Positions 9,852 through 19,875 of a stretch of DNA of 64,000 nt are shown piece after piece. The notes under the pieces were generated by a model. The model was not told the origin of the DNA. It did no database searches and saw only the letters and a list, made by a program, of their open reading frames with translations. Location of the stretch: NCBI GenBank assembly GCA_963727625.1, contig CAVSHR010000005.1, positions 160,001 through 224,000 on the forward strand, given 5' to 3'. The stretch comes from an uncultured delta proteobacterium (GTDB lineage: Bacteria; Desulfobacterota; Binatia; UBA9968). Each line of letters begins with the position of its first letter. The stretch's first letter is position 1. Both the position numbers and the translations under genes were made by a program.

Positions 9852-11678
9852 ATGCGAATCCATCGTTACACCGAGTGGGATGGCACGCAAGAAATTCAAT
9901 TCCCCACGACCGACGACCTCCTCAATCACCTCTCCGATCATTTGCTCGAAGAAGAAGGCGTGCGCCGCGCCTTGCGCGATCTGATGCGCCGCGGTTTTAG
10001 CTCGGAAGACGGCCAGCGTTCGGTCAAAGGCATGCGCGATTTCCTGCGCCAGGCCGACGAGAAGCGGCGCGAGCTGCTCAACCAATATTCCCCGGATTCT
10101 TTCAAGCTCACGCCCGAAGAGCAGCAAGCGTTTAGCGAAAAACTCGGCAAGCTCGCCGAGAAGATGGAAGCCTACAACGAGCAGATGCGCAACTTCATGG
10201 AGCGCATGTCCGGCAAGTTCGCCGACCGCATGGACGAGATGAACCAGAAAATGCAGGAGGCATACCAGCGGTATCAAGAATTGCAGCAACGCCTGCAAAA
10301 TCAGATCAACGAACGCGGCATGCCGCAGGGCCAACCGAATACGGGCGGGCAGAATCCCCAGTCGCTGATGGACATGCTCGACCGCATGAATCAGTTGTTG
10401 AATGACGAGAATTTTCTCAACAACTTGCCGAGCATGATGGACAACGCCATCAACAACCTCGAAAGCATGTTGGAAAACATGGCCAACATGACCGAGGAAC
10501 AGTTGCAGCAGCTGAGCGACACGATGAGCCAGATGCAGCAGTTGGAACAGCTGATGAATCAGTATCCGTTTCAAGGCTCGCAGCGAATGGGCATGGGAGA
10601 AGCGGGACAAATCTTGGGCCAACTGCGCGGGCTCGAACGCTTTCTGCGTTGGGGCCAGCGCGGCATGGGCGACCCCTCCGAGCTCAATCTCGAAGAGCTG
10701 CGCGAGCTCCTCGGCGAAGAAGCCTACGAAAACCTCAAATACTTAAAAAACGTCGAGCAGACCCTCGAAGACGAAGGCTATATCATGCGCACCAGCCACG
10801 GTCTTCGTCTGACACCGAAGGGCATGAGAAAAATCGGCGACAAAGCTCTGCGCGAAATTTTTCAGATGCTCAACAAAGGTCGGTGGGGCAACCACGCGAC
10901 CTCATTGCGCGGCTCGCAAGGCGACCTCATGGAGGAAACCAAGCAGTACGAGTATGGCGATCCGCTCAACGTCAACATCGGCGAGACCCTGTTGAATGCC
11001 CTCGAACGGCGCAAGAAGGGCGAGCCGCTGCGCATCTCGCCGGAAGATTTTTCCGTGCACCGGGTTGAGTACTCGACCGTCAGCGAAACCGCGCTGCTGA
11101 TCGACGTGAGCTACTCGATGCTGATGAACGATGCCCTGCACGCGGGGAAAAAAGTGGCGCTTGCCCTGCACCGGTTGATCCAAACCAAGTACCCCCAGGA
11201 CACGCTCCACCTGGTCGCTTTTCGCTCCAACGCCAAGCGGATCCAGGCCGAGGACCTGCCCTCGATCGTCTCGCTCACCTATTTCATGGAGCACGGCACC
11301 GATATCAAAGAAGCGCTGCGTTATGCGCGCCAGTTGCTCGGCTCCAATCGCAGCGCCAATCGCCAGATCATTCTCATCACCGACGGCGAACCGACGGCGG
11401 CGACGCTCGATCGCGGCGGCAGGCTGCATAGCGGCTGGGGTTCGGCGCTGCTGCACAGCCGGATCGTTCACGAAACGCTCAAGGAAGTGAAGCGCTGCAC
11501 ACAGAGCGGCATCAAGATCAACACTTTCATGCTCGGCGCGGATTTTTACCGGCAGGGTTTTATCGATCAGTTGTCGCGCCTCAATACCGGCCGGGTTTTT
11601 TACACCACGCCGGATCAAATGGGCAATTACATCGTCGTCGACTATCTCAACAACAAGCGCAAGCGCATCGGCCGCTAG
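9852..11678 (+). CDS. VWA domain-containing protein with N-terminal coiled coil (Rv0959-like)
   Basis: RYTEWDGTQ start, LRLTPKGMRKIGDKALREIF, MIDAS DVSYSM, IILITDGEPT, GRVFY. Confidence 0.85.
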   Translation: MRIHRYTEWDGTQEIQFPTTDDLLNHLSDHLLEEEGVRRALRDLMRRGFSSEDGQRSVKGMRDFLRQADEKRRELLNQYSPDSFKLTPEEQQAFSEKLGKLAEKMEAYNEQMRNFMERMSGKFADRMDEMNQKMQEAYQRYQELQQRLQNQINERGMPQGQPNTGGQNPQSLMDMLDRMNQLLNDENFLNNLPSMMDNAINNLESMLENMANMTEEQLQQLSDTMSQMQQLEQLMNQYPFQGSQRMGMGEAGQILGQLRGLERFLRWGQRGMGDPSELNLEELRELLGEEAYENLKYLKNVEQTLEDEGYIMRTSHGLRLTPKGMRKIGDKALREIFQMLNKGRWGNHATSLRGSQGDLMEETKQYEYGDPLNVNIGETLLNALERRKKGEPLRISPEDFSVHRVEYSTVSETALLIDVSYSMLMNDALHAGKKVALALHRLIQTKYPQDTLHLVAFRSNAKRIQAEDLPSIVSLTYFMEHGTDIKEALRYARQLLGSNRSANRQIILITDGEPTAATLDRGGRLHSGWGSALLHSRIVHETLKEVKRCTQSGIKINTFMLGADFYRQGFIDQLSRLNTGRVFYTTPDQMGNYIVVDYLNNKRKRIGR

Positions 11679-11707
11679 TCCACCACAGCTCCCCTCACCG
11701 CATTTTC

Positions 11708-11800
11708 AATTTTAGATTTTGGATTGTCGGACAGGAGGCAGGCAACTTTAACTCAATGTGTTATCCTCAAACCAAAATCGGCAATCCAAAATCCAAAATT
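11708..11800. repeat. Imperfect inverted repeat built from 7-nt ATTTTGG units between convergent genes
   Basis: attttagattttggattgtcgg ... tcggcaatccaaaatccaaaat. Confidence 0.65.
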
Positions 11801-11810
11801 TAGCAAGTCG

Positions 11811-12995
11811 TCAATCTCCCTCGGTGATTAAAGCCAACACGCCGGTATAGGCGAACAAGTGATTTGCCCGGCCTAACGGCGCAAGCTCATAGCCGCCGAA
11901 CATGCCGATGAGCGGGAAATCGCCCAAGGCGCGGCGGATGTAGGCGGAATCGATGCCGGGGATGCCGTAAAGCGAATTGCCGCGAGCGCAGCAGTTGAAA
12001 TAAAAACCGCACGCGGGTTTTTTGCCGCCCAACGCCGCGGCTTGGCGACCGAGCATTTGCCCCAAGTCCTCGCGCGCCCGCTGGGCGTCGCGCATGGCGA
12101 AAATCATCGCTTCGCCCTCGCTCACTTGATCGGCGACTCCGAGTATGCCTTTTTCGCCGTCCAAGCCGATAATGTTGCGGACCAAATATTTCCCGGCGGC
12201 CACGCTGTTTTCCTGCCGGTTTGCCGGCAGCCCAACGAACAGAACCATCAATGCGCGCCGAATATCTTCCGCCAGCGGTCCTTTGAGCAAGCGGGCAAAA
12301 ATCTCGAGCGCCGGCCGGCCGTCGATCTCGTGGATCAAATTACCCTCGGCCTTGGTGATTGCCATCGGTTCGGAAATCGGCTGGCAGCCCTGTGTTATGT
12401 CGATATGCAAATCGAAGCCACCGGAAAGATACGCCCCGGCGATGGCATTGCTCGCAACCTTGTCGCCGCACAACTGAAAGGTCGCGCCCGCCGCGCCGTT
12501 CTCAGCAGCGCCGGCGCCGACCACCGGATGGAATCCGGCCTTGCTCGCCATCGTTTGCAGCAGTGGTTGTGGATTGCCGTTATAGGAATCGGGCAGCAAA
12601 ATCATCAGCGAGTTTTCATCTTGGGTCTTGGCGAGAAAGTCGCCGAAGCTCGCGCCCAGGTTGGCTTCGTTGCCCCGCAACGGCTCGAAGATAAATGGAC
12701 GGCCGACAATCTCGTCCGAAGCGATGACCAGCACCGCCACTCCGGCGCTGCCTTCCATTTCGTTTTCACCCGTGAGAACGCCGGCGCCGCTGGCGCCAAC
12801 CACGCAATCGGTCCCCACCCTACGAGTCAGGGTTGCCGCCAGCTCGTGCGACTGCGCGGCATGATCCGCAGTGAAGAAAATCATCGCCAAGTCGGCGCGG
12901 GTAATCCCAGCCTGCGCCAACGCCTGGGCGACCGCTTCCTCGACCGCGGGCCCGGTCGCGTGCTTTTGAGAATGTCCGACTCCGGCGCGAATCAT
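11811..12995 (-). CDS. FIST domain protein (NosP-like sensor)
   Basis: VVGASGAGVL, ITQGCQPIS, IHEIDGRPAL, YLVRNIIG, YFNCCARG, GMFGGYELAP, FAYTGV. Confidence 0.85.
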   Translation of the reverse strand: MIRAGVGHSQKHATGPAVEEAVAQALAQAGITRADLAMIFFTADHAAQSHELAATLTRRVGTDCVVGASGAGVLTGENEMEGSAGVAVLVIASDEIVGRPFIFEPLRGNEANLGASFGDFLAKTQDENSLMILLPDSYNGNPQPLLQTMASKAGFHPVVGAGAAENGAAGATFQLCGDKVASNAIAGAYLSGGFDLHIDITQGCQPISEPMAITKAEGNLIHEIDGRPALEIFARLLKGPLAEDIRRALMVLFVGLPANRQENSVAAGKYLVRNIIGLDGEKGILGVADQVSEGEAMIFAMRDAQRAREDLGQMLGRQAAALGGKKPACGFYFNCCARGNSLYGIPGIDSAYIRRALGDFPLIGMFGGYELAPLGRANHLFAYTGVLALITEGD

Positions 12996-13131
12996 GATCC
13001 TAGGAATATAGGAAACTACCGATCGACCGGTCAAGCGCGGCAATTGAAGGATTTCGTATTTGAAAATCCCCGCGCATGGGACTAGTATCCAGGGATCTGT
13101 CAATCCATTTCGGTCAGATCCATTTACGACT

Positions 13132-13899
13132 ATGAAAATTATTCAAATTCCATTGCTGCGCGATAATTACGCCTATCTCCTGGTTTGCGAAAAAACCAAG
13201 ACGGCTGCAATCATTGACCCTTCCGAAGCCGACCCGGTGGCGGCGCGGATCGACCAGGAAGGAGTCACCCTCAGTGCCATTCTCAACACACACCATCACC
13301 GCGACCATACCGGCGGCAACGAGGGAATTTTAACGCGCCACAAAACCGAGGTGTACGGCCATAAAAGCGACGACGGTCGGATTTTCGGATTAACCCATGG
13401 TGTTGACGAGGGCAGCGAAGTCCAAGTCGGAGAGCTCACCGGAAAAGTTTTGTTTATCCCCGGCCACACCACCGGTCACGTCGCTTACCTGTTCGATAAC
13501 AATCTGTTTTGCGGCGACACTCTCTTTACCGCTGGCTGCGGCCGGCTTTTCGAAGGCACGCCGGAGCAAATGCACGCATCGCTCAAGAAACTTATGGCGC
13601 TTCCGGACAACACCAAAGTCTACTGCGGCCATGAATATACTGAGAGCAACCTGCGCTTCGCCATGTCGCTGGAGCCCAGGAACCCAAAGTTGGCGTCGCG
13701 CTTCGAGCGCGTGCAGGGTCTCCGGTCGCGCGGCGCGCCGACGGTGCCCTCAACTCTGGAGGAAGAAAAGCAAACCAATCCGTTCCTGCGCTGGGACAGC
13801 AAAGAGATTCAAGCCAGTCTAAAATCGGCCAACCCCCAGATGCGGCTCGATCCGGTTTCAGTTTTCGCCGCGGTTAGAAAAATGAAGGACTCTTTCTAG
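13132..13899 (+). CDS. gloB: Hydroxyacylglutathione hydrolase (glyoxalase II)
   Basis: DNYAYL, THHHRDHTGGN, PGHTTGH, FCGDTLFTAGCGRLFEG, YCGHEYT, TNPFLR. Confidence 0.95.
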   Translation: MKIIQIPLLRDNYAYLLVCEKTKTAAIIDPSEADPVAARIDQEGVTLSAILNTHHHRDHTGGNEGILTRHKTEVYGHKSDDGRIFGLTHGVDEGSEVQVGELTGKVLFIPGHTTGHVAYLFDNNLFCGDTLFTAGCGRLFEGTPEQMHASLKKLMALPDNTKVYCGHEYTESNLRFAMSLEPRNPKLASRFERVQGLRSRGAPTVPSTLEEEKQTNPFLRWDSKEIQASLKSANPQMRLDPVSVFAAVRKMKDSF

Positions 13900-14124
13900 T
13901 CCGAAGGCCGCATCGGACCCATTGCGACGCCGAAGGCTACGGCGGTTACCCCCTACCTTTCTGTTTGTTGTCCGCGGTTGTGCTTTTCTCCCGCGTGGCT
14001 CATTTTACTTGATCGCGGTGCGCATCGACGGTATTTTTGGTAAACGAATGGACCAGCACCGACGCCCCCGTCGAAAATGCACCAGCGACATAAACAAAAC
14101 ATCCGCGTCGCGCGGGAGTAATCA

Positions 14125-14601
14125 ATGAACCTTAACGAACGAACCTATCTCTGGTACGTCTCGATACTGCGCGTCTACGTCGGCTACTATCTACTCATGC
14201 AGGGTATCCGAAAATTTCAGAGGAACTTTCCCAAAGGTGATTGGATCGGCCGGCAGATCGGCGATATTGCCACGCTGGATCTTTACCCCTGGTATAAATC
14301 ATTCCTTCACGATTACGTCGTGCCGCGTCAAGAACTTTTCGGCTATCTCGTCATGATTGGCGAGCTCGCCGTCGGCGCCTGCTTGCTGCTCGGTCTGTTC
14401 ACCCGCTTCAGCGCATTGATCGGCCTGTTCATGCTGGTTAATTACTGGCTCGGCCCGGGCACGGCGCGGGGCGGCGCATTGTTGGCGCAGCAGCAAACTT
14501 TTATCGTGGCGTTGGCTATTTTCGTTTTGTCGAATCCTGGCCGCACGCTCGGACTCGACGGGCTCTTGTTCAGCGCCGGCAAAGGCAGGGGGGCGAAATG
14601 A
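14125..14601 (+). CDS. DoxX-family membrane protein
   Basis: LRVYVG, GELAVGACLLLGLFTR, GRTLGLDG; four hydrophobic segments. Confidence 0.8.
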   Translation: MNLNERTYLWYVSILRVYVGYYLLMQGIRKFQRNFPKGDWIGRQIGDIATLDLYPWYKSFLHDYVVPRQELFGYLVMIGELAVGACLLLGLFTRFSALIGLFMLVNYWLGPGTARGGALLAQQQTFIVALAIFVLSNPGRTLGLDGLLFSAGKGRGAK

Positions 14602-15707
14602 AAATTCCTGGAGCGGCGACGCCGGAGGGCACGGAGCGCTACCGCCGGCGTTTCGCCGGAAAAATTCCGCCGGAGCATTTCCGCAAATCGCAAAGCCTGT
14701 GGATGTCGTCGATCGGTATCGGCACCTACTTGGGCAATCACGACGACGCCACCGATCGGCAATACCAGCAAGCGCTCGTCCGCGCGGTGGGTTCGGGCTG
14801 CAACGTCATCGACGCGGCGATCAATTATCGTTGCCAGAGAAGCGAGCGCGCCATCGGCACGGCGTTAAAAGAGCTCGCCACCCAGGGCTACGGACGCGAG
14901 GAGCTGATCATCGCGACTAAGGGGGGCTTCCTGCCCTTCGACGGCGAGCCGCCGCAGGATCCGCGGCGTTACTTCGAGGAGAGTTTCGTCAAGACCGGGC
15001 TTGCGACTCCCGCGGAAATTGTCGGCGGATATCACTGCATGACTCCGCGCTATCTGGCCCATCAGCTCGATTGCAGTTTGCGTAACCTCGATCTCGAATG
15101 TGCCGATATTTATTACCTGCACAACCCGGAAAGCCAGCTCGGCAAGATCGAAAGGGCGGAGTTCGACAGTCGGCTGCTTCAGGCTTTTGAGACCTTGGAG
15201 CAAGCGGTTGCGGCCGGCAAGATCCGCATGTACGGCACCGCGACCTGGAACGGCTATCGCAACGAGCCGACGGCCAAGGATTATTTATCGCTCAGCCAAA
15301 CCGTCGCGGTGGCCGAACGAGCCGGCGGCAAAGATCACCAATTCAAATTCATCCAGCTGCCGCTCAACCTGGGCATGAGCGAAGCGTTGTCGAGTGTCAA
15401 CCAGCCGGTGGGCGATAAAAATTTAACTCTGCTCGAAGCCGCCCAGGCTCTGGGCATCACGGTCGTGTGCAGCGCGTCGGTGCTCCAAGGACAGTTGACC
15501 CACGACCTGCCGCCGATGATTCGCGAAACCTTTCAAGGCTTGGATACCGACGGTCAGCGCGCCCTGCAATTCGTGCGCTCCACGCCGGGCGTGACCACCG
15601 CCCTGGTGGGCATGAAGCAGCTCGACCATGTCGAGGAAAATCTAAAAACTGCCCGCGTCGCGCCCGCGTCCTGGGAGCAATATTCGAAGCTCTTCGAAGG
15701 CGCGTGA
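14598..15707 (+). CDS. Aldo/keto reductase
   Basis: SSIGIGTYLG, NVIDAAINYR, IATKGG, DIYYLHNP, ALVGM. Confidence 0.9.
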   Translation: MKIPGAATPEGTERYRRRFAGKIPPEHFRKSQSLWMSSIGIGTYLGNHDDATDRQYQQALVRAVGSGCNVIDAAINYRCQRSERAIGTALKELATQGYGREELIIATKGGFLPFDGEPPQDPRRYFEESFVKTGLATPAEIVGGYHCMTPRYLAHQLDCSLRNLDLECADIYYLHNPESQLGKIERAEFDSRLLQAFETLEQAVAAGKIRMYGTATWNGYRNEPTAKDYLSLSQTVAVAERAGGKDHQFKFIQLPLNLGMSEALSSVNQPVGDKNLTLLEAAQALGITVVCSASVLQGQLTHDLPPMIRETFQGLDTDGQRALQFVRSTPGVTTALVGMKQLDHVEENLKTARVAPASWEQYSKLFEGA

Positions 15708-15772
15708 GCAGGCCCATCGGCGCATGCGCAGAGATAGGTCCCCGCCCTTAACAGCGACCCGGGACGCGAAGG

Positions 15773-16717
15773 TTAATTTCCCGTCAGATGATCGAACAAG
15801 CCGAATAGATCGTTTAGCTTGTTGAGAACCGGTTGCGGCAACGGCGGTTTCAAAATTGCCGCAATGTTTTCTTTGAGGTGCTCGGGATTGCCGGTACCGG
15901 TTAAAACGACATCGACCCCCGGCTCGTGCCGGCAGAACCGATAGGCCGCTTCGGGCAGCGTGGCTGCGCCGCTTTCCTCGAGAAGAAACCCGAGAGGGTC
16001 GTCACGATCGAGGGCTTTTTTGCCGATCTTGCCTGCGGCAACCAATTCACCCACCAACGCCTTGAGGCGCTCCGGCTGGCTCAGGGCCCGACGCACCGCG
16101 AACATGTTGAGCACACCGACTTTTTTCTCTTTAGTGAGCGGCAAAACCGACTTGCGGGCGGAAGGATTTAGCAGGCTGAACCCGACCATGACCACGTCCC
16201 ACAAATTTTCCTGAAGCCCGCTCTGTAAAACGCTATGCGCCGGATCGACAACGAAACCTTCGGTGACGCCGATAAAACGAATCTTTCCTTGCTCTTTGAG
16301 CCGGCGCATCACCGGCATCAGCCGGTCTCTGGCGAACTGATGATTTTCGGGCTCGACGCCATGTAAATGGTAGATATCGATGTAATCGGTGCCGATCAGC
16401 TTTAAGCTTTGCTCCAAGCCTTTGACGATTTCGCCCTCAGGATCCGCATGATCCGGCGCCGGAAGGGCTTTTTTTGTCGAAATGACCAATTGATCCCTCT
16501 GCATGCCTACGATCGCCTTGCCGACAATCGGCTCGGTGCCGTAGGTCTGCGCGGTGTCGAGAAAGTTGACACCGAGATCCAGCGCCTGCTTGACGATAGC
16601 GATCGCATGGTTCGCCGATTGTGGATCGTTGCGCATGCCCAGCCGGCTCGGCCCGCCGCAGCCAAGCCCCGCGACGCTGACTTTCAATCCGGTTCGTCCG
16701 AGAGTCGTGTATTCCAT
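15773..16717 (-). CDS. Aldo/keto reductase
   Basis: MEYTTLGRTGLKVS, NFLDTAQTYG, DYIDIYHLH, GKIRFIG. Confidence 0.9.
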   Translation of the reverse strand: MEYTTLGRTGLKVSVAGLGCGGPSRLGMRNDPQSANHAIAIVKQALDLGVNFLDTAQTYGTEPIVGKAIVGMQRDQLVISTKKALPAPDHADPEGEIVKGLEQSLKLIGTDYIDIYHLHGVEPENHQFARDRLMPVMRRLKEQGKIRFIGVTEGFVVDPAHSVLQSGLQENLWDVVMVGFSLLNPSARKSVLPLTKEKKVGVLNMFAVRRALSQPERLKALVGELVAAGKIGKKALDRDDPLGFLLEESGAATLPEAAYRFCRHEPGVDVVLTGTGNPEHLKENIAAILKPPLPQPVLNKLNDLFGLFDHLTGN

Positions 16718-16728
16718 TCTTATTTAAA

Positions 16729-16806
16729 GGTTCAATTCGTTCCAAAAGTTCAAGTCGTTCAAACCGTTCCGAATCCCAGTCCGACGCCTTGAACGGCTTG
16801 AACGAT
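16729..16806. repeat. Intergenic ~9-nt-periodic GTTC/GAAC repeat with inverted arms
   Basis: gttcaattc gttccaaaa gttcaagtc gttcaaacc gttcc ... ttgaacggcttgaacgat. Confidence 0.6.
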
Positions 16807-16811
16807 AAGTC

Positions 16812-17267
16812 TTACTTCCACTCCACCCGCACTCCCAGCACTTCGCCGGTAGCGCGAATCACCCCGCCGGCGCTCAGCGTGCAGCTCACCCAGGCCTTGC
16901 GTCCCTCGATTCTCATAATCCGTCCGCGCAGCTCGATCAGCTCTTTGATTGGCGTCGGCTTAAGATAGGACACGTTCATGTTTGCGGTTACGTAACCGAT
17001 GCGCGGCGGGCTGCCGATGGGGCGGCGCTCGGCGCGATAAGCTTGAGCGATGGCGAGATTGAGACTATGGCAGTCGATCAGCGACGCGATGATGCCGCCG
17101 TTCAAATTTTCCCGAGTGCCTCCGCAATGGTGCGGTTGCGCTTTCCAGGCCGCAATCGCTTCGTCGCCGTCCCAGTAGCTTTTGAGGCGCAAACCCCTCT
17201 CATTGTCCGCGCCACAGCCATGGCAATGACGCACGGCGCCCTGGTCCTGAAACGCGATTTCTGTCAT
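16812..17267 (-). CDS. PaaI-family hotdog thioesterase
   Basis: CHGCGADNERGL, NGGIIASLIDCH, VTANMNVSYLKPTP. Confidence 0.85.
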   Translation of the reverse strand: MTEIAFQDQGAVRHCHGCGADNERGLRLKSYWDGDEAIAAWKAQPHHCGGTRENLNGGIIASLIDCHSLNLAIAQAYRAERRPIGSPPRIGYVTANMNVSYLKPTPIKELIELRGRIMRIEGRKAWVSCTLSAGGVIRATGEVLGVRVEWK

Positions 17268-17274
17268 TGACCGG

Positions 17275-17673
17275 CTATTTTGCCTTATCAAACTTCAGCG
17301 ATACGGAATTGATGCAATAGCGCAAGTTGGTCGGTTGCGGCCCGTCTTCGAAAACATGGCCCAGATGGGCGTCGCACTTTCTACACACAACTTCGGTGCG
17401 CCGCATGAAAAAACTGTTGTCGTCCTCGGCGGCGACGTTCTCCTCAGCGACCGGCGCCCAGAAGCTCGGCCAGCCGGTGCCGGAATCGAACTTGGTATCC
17501 GAACTGAAGAGCTCGTTGCCGCAGCAAGCGCAGCGGTACATGCCCTTTTCGTGATGGTCCCAATATTGGCCGGTGAATGCCCGCTCCGTGCTTTTCTTCC
17601 GGCAAACATCAAACTGCTCGTCGGTTAGCTCTTTTTGCCACTCGGCGTCGGATTTCTTGATTTTTTCCACCAT
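17275..17673 (-). CDS. msrB: Peptide methionine-R-sulfoxide reductase
   Basis: TERAF, CACC, KFDSGTGWPSF, CRKCDAHLGHVFEDGP, RYCINS. Confidence 0.95.
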   Translation of the reverse strand: MVEKIKKSDAEWQKELTDEQFDVCRKKSTERAFTGQYWDHHEKGMYRCACCGNELFSSDTKFDSGTGWPSFWAPVAEENVAAEDDNSFFMRRTEVVCRKCDAHLGHVFEDGPQPTNLRYCINSVSLKFDKAK

Positions 17674-17715
17674 CGCGCTCCCAGTAAGTTTTTGTTTTCG
17701 CGCCCGCCTGCACCG

Positions 17716-18207
17716 TCAGCGCTGCATGTTGATAAATTGCAGCGGAATCGGCATCTGGCTGGAGCGCAGCATCTGAATCACTTCCTGCAGATCGTCGATC
17801 TTTTTGCCCGTGACACGTACTTGATTGTCCTGAATCGCCGCTTGGACCTTTAGCTTGTGGCTTTTAATCATCTTGACAATGCTCCGCGCCGTGTCCGAGT
17901 CGACACCTTCCTTGATCGCAATCTCGCGCCGCAGCATTCCCTGCGCTGACGGCTCGCTGGTTTTGGGATCGAGAAACCTGCGGTCCACCTTGCGCTTGAC
18001 CAAGTTCTCGACCAGCGCGTCCTGCACGGCGCGCAGCTTCATATCGTCTTCGGTGGTGACCTGAATCTTCTTTTCCTTCTTATCGAGTGTGATTTCCGTT
18101 TTCGAATTACGGAAGTCGTAGCGGGTTAGAATTGCCTTTTTGGTGATGTTGACCGCATTGTCGACCTCTTGGAAGTCGATCCGGCTGACGATATCGAACG
18201 ATGGCAT
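17716..18207 (-). CDS. yajQ: YajQ-family nucleotide (c-di-GMP)-binding protein
   Basis: MPSFDIVS, RYDF, KVQAAIQDNQVRVTGKKIDDLQ. Confidence 0.95.
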   Translation of the reverse strand: MPSFDIVSRIDFQEVDNAVNITKKAILTRYDFRNSKTEITLDKKEKKIQVTTEDDMKLRAVQDALVENLVKRKVDRRFLDPKTSEPSAQGMLRREIAIKEGVDSDTARSIVKMIKSHKLKVQAAIQDNQVRVTGKKIDDLQEVIQMLRSSQMPIPLQFINMQR

Positions 18208-18246
18208 GGCTTCGGCGCTCCTCGGTTAGATGTCGGCACTGAAAAG

Positions 18247-18753
18247 TTAATTGCGCTTTTTCCGTTTGACCTGCGGTCGCTCTTGGGCCGACGGCTCGGC
18301 CGTTTTACGCCCGTTTTTCTTGACGCCCGCCAGGACGAAATCGAGAATATCGCTGCGAGTAATGATACCGACTAGATTTTTATTCTTGATCACCGGCAAT
18401 GAACCAATGCGATGGCGCCGCAGCAAGGCCACGGCGGTGAGCAACGGAGTTTCCGGACGCACGACAAAAACATCGTGGGTCATCACCTCTTCCACCGTGA
18501 CCCGGTCGGCGAACCGGTCAATTTCGTCGGTGCGGTTAATCATCAAACTCGTCGGATAGGCATCGCGGATGTCGCGGTCGGTGACCAGACCGACTAGTTC
18601 GTCGTTGTCCAGCACCGGCAACTGGTTGACCCGATGTTTCGCCATCAACTGCCGGGCGATCGCGATGCTGTCGAAAGTCTCCACCGCAAGCACCTCTTGG
18701 GACATCCAATCCGATACGGGAATTGTGCTGTTATTGCTTTTCTTGTGCGCCAT
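18247..18753 (-). CDS. CBS domain protein (AcuB-like)
   Basis: Two CBS repeats: LPVLDNDELVGLVTDRD, LPVIKNKNLVGIITRSD. Confidence 0.85.
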   Translation of the reverse strand: MAHKKSNNSTIPVSDWMSQEVLAVETFDSIAIARQLMAKHRVNQLPVLDNDELVGLVTDRDIRDAYPTSLMINRTDEIDRFADRVTVEEVMTHDVFVVRPETPLLTAVALLRRHRIGSLPVIKNKNLVGIITRSDILDFVLAGVKKNGRKTAEPSAQERPQVKRKKRN

Positions 18754-19688
18754 TACTTTTGCTCCACCGTATAGCCTCTCGCCTGCAACATCGCAACGAC
18801 TCCTTCTTTGCCCACCAGATGCGCCGCCCCAACCACCACCATGGCGCCGCTTTCTTGTTCAAGCAATTTTTCTAGCTCCGCCAACCAGCTCCGATTGCGC
18901 CCGACAATGATTTTTTGCTGTAGCTCGGGATACTCGATCATGCCCGCGAGCAGCAGTTCCGCCATGCGGTCGCCGTCGCCTTTGAGCCAAGCTTGGACGA
19001 TGTCATCGATGTTCTTGTCAAGCCGATCGAGCTCACCGACCGTTTCGCGCAACATCAACTCTTGTTCGGCTTTCGACAATTGATCGAATAACCCGAGCTG
19101 GAACTCAAGGGTCTCCAGGCCGCTGGTCGGCTTGCCGGCGTCTTTGGCGCGCGCCGCGAGATAACGGTCGACGCCGAATTTAGGCTCAAAGCCCATACGC
19201 TGCAAGTTGATGGCGAGCATCGTCAAGGCGACAAACCATGGTTTCATGGGATTGAGAATCCGCATATCCAGACCCAGCTCGGCGGCGCGCTGGGTCGCCA
19301 GCCGGTAGGTCTCTTCGCTGACGTTTTGCGGCAGACTGGTTCCATCGCGATAGACTGCCTTGTCGAGAGCGATTTTTTGCGCCGCCGCGCCTGCCGCGTT
19401 ATTGAGGTCGACTTCCAGGACCAGCTTCTTGCTGCCAGCGAAAGCGTCAAGGATGGTTTGATTGAGCGGATAATTGTCTTGACGCAGATAATGAATCGAT
19501 CCCAAAAGAAAAATACTATTTTCCGCGTTACTGACTTTCCAGAGAAGGCTTTTTTCTTGCGCTTCGGCTGAACGCCACGCTGCGCTCCAGCTCACCAGCG
19601 CGACGAGTACTAAGAAGAGCATGGCGACAGGCCTGGCCCGGCGCTTGGCGCTAAAACTTGGATTTCTCCTATTGGCAGCGTCACCCAT
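18753..19688 (-). CDS. TraB/GumN family protein
   Basis: LLWKVS...FLLGSIH, GVDRYL, GLETLEFQL, RNRSW, VVVGAAHLVG; start uncertain (19688 or 19622). Confidence 0.85.
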   Translation of the reverse strand: MGDAANRRNPSFSAKRRARPVAMLFLVLVALVSWSAAWRSAEAQEKSLLWKVSNAENSIFLLGSIHYLRQDNYPLNQTILDAFAGSKKLVLEVDLNNAAGAAAQKIALDKAVYRDGTSLPQNVSEETYRLATQRAAELGLDMRILNPMKPWFVALTMLAINLQRMGFEPKFGVDRYLAARAKDAGKPTSGLETLEFQLGLFDQLSKAEQELMLRETVGELDRLDKNIDDIVQAWLKGDGDRMAELLLAGMIEYPELQQKIIVGRNRSWLAELEKLLEQESGAMVVVGAAHLVGKEGVVAMLQARGYTVEQK

Positions 19689-19875
19689 GGTCAAGAGTTT
19701 CCAAAGCGCCGGCGAAGGCCACGACGCTTGAAAAGCCATCTGAGAATTTACCTTTTCCTGAACGGGTTGGCTAGACTGGAGAGGCGAGTCCGCGAACCGG
19801 GCCGCCTTCCCAGAATAACGAAGCTCTACACGGTTACAGTGGCGCAAAAAACCGTAATCAAGTTGTGGAGATGCG

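Noticed and set aside
9705-10622. 305 aa minus-strand ORF and many other long overlapping ORFs (e.g. 12042-13085, 47608-48480, 54977-55708)
   Set aside because: Antisense shadows of well-supported genes in GC-rich DNA; no recognisable motifs
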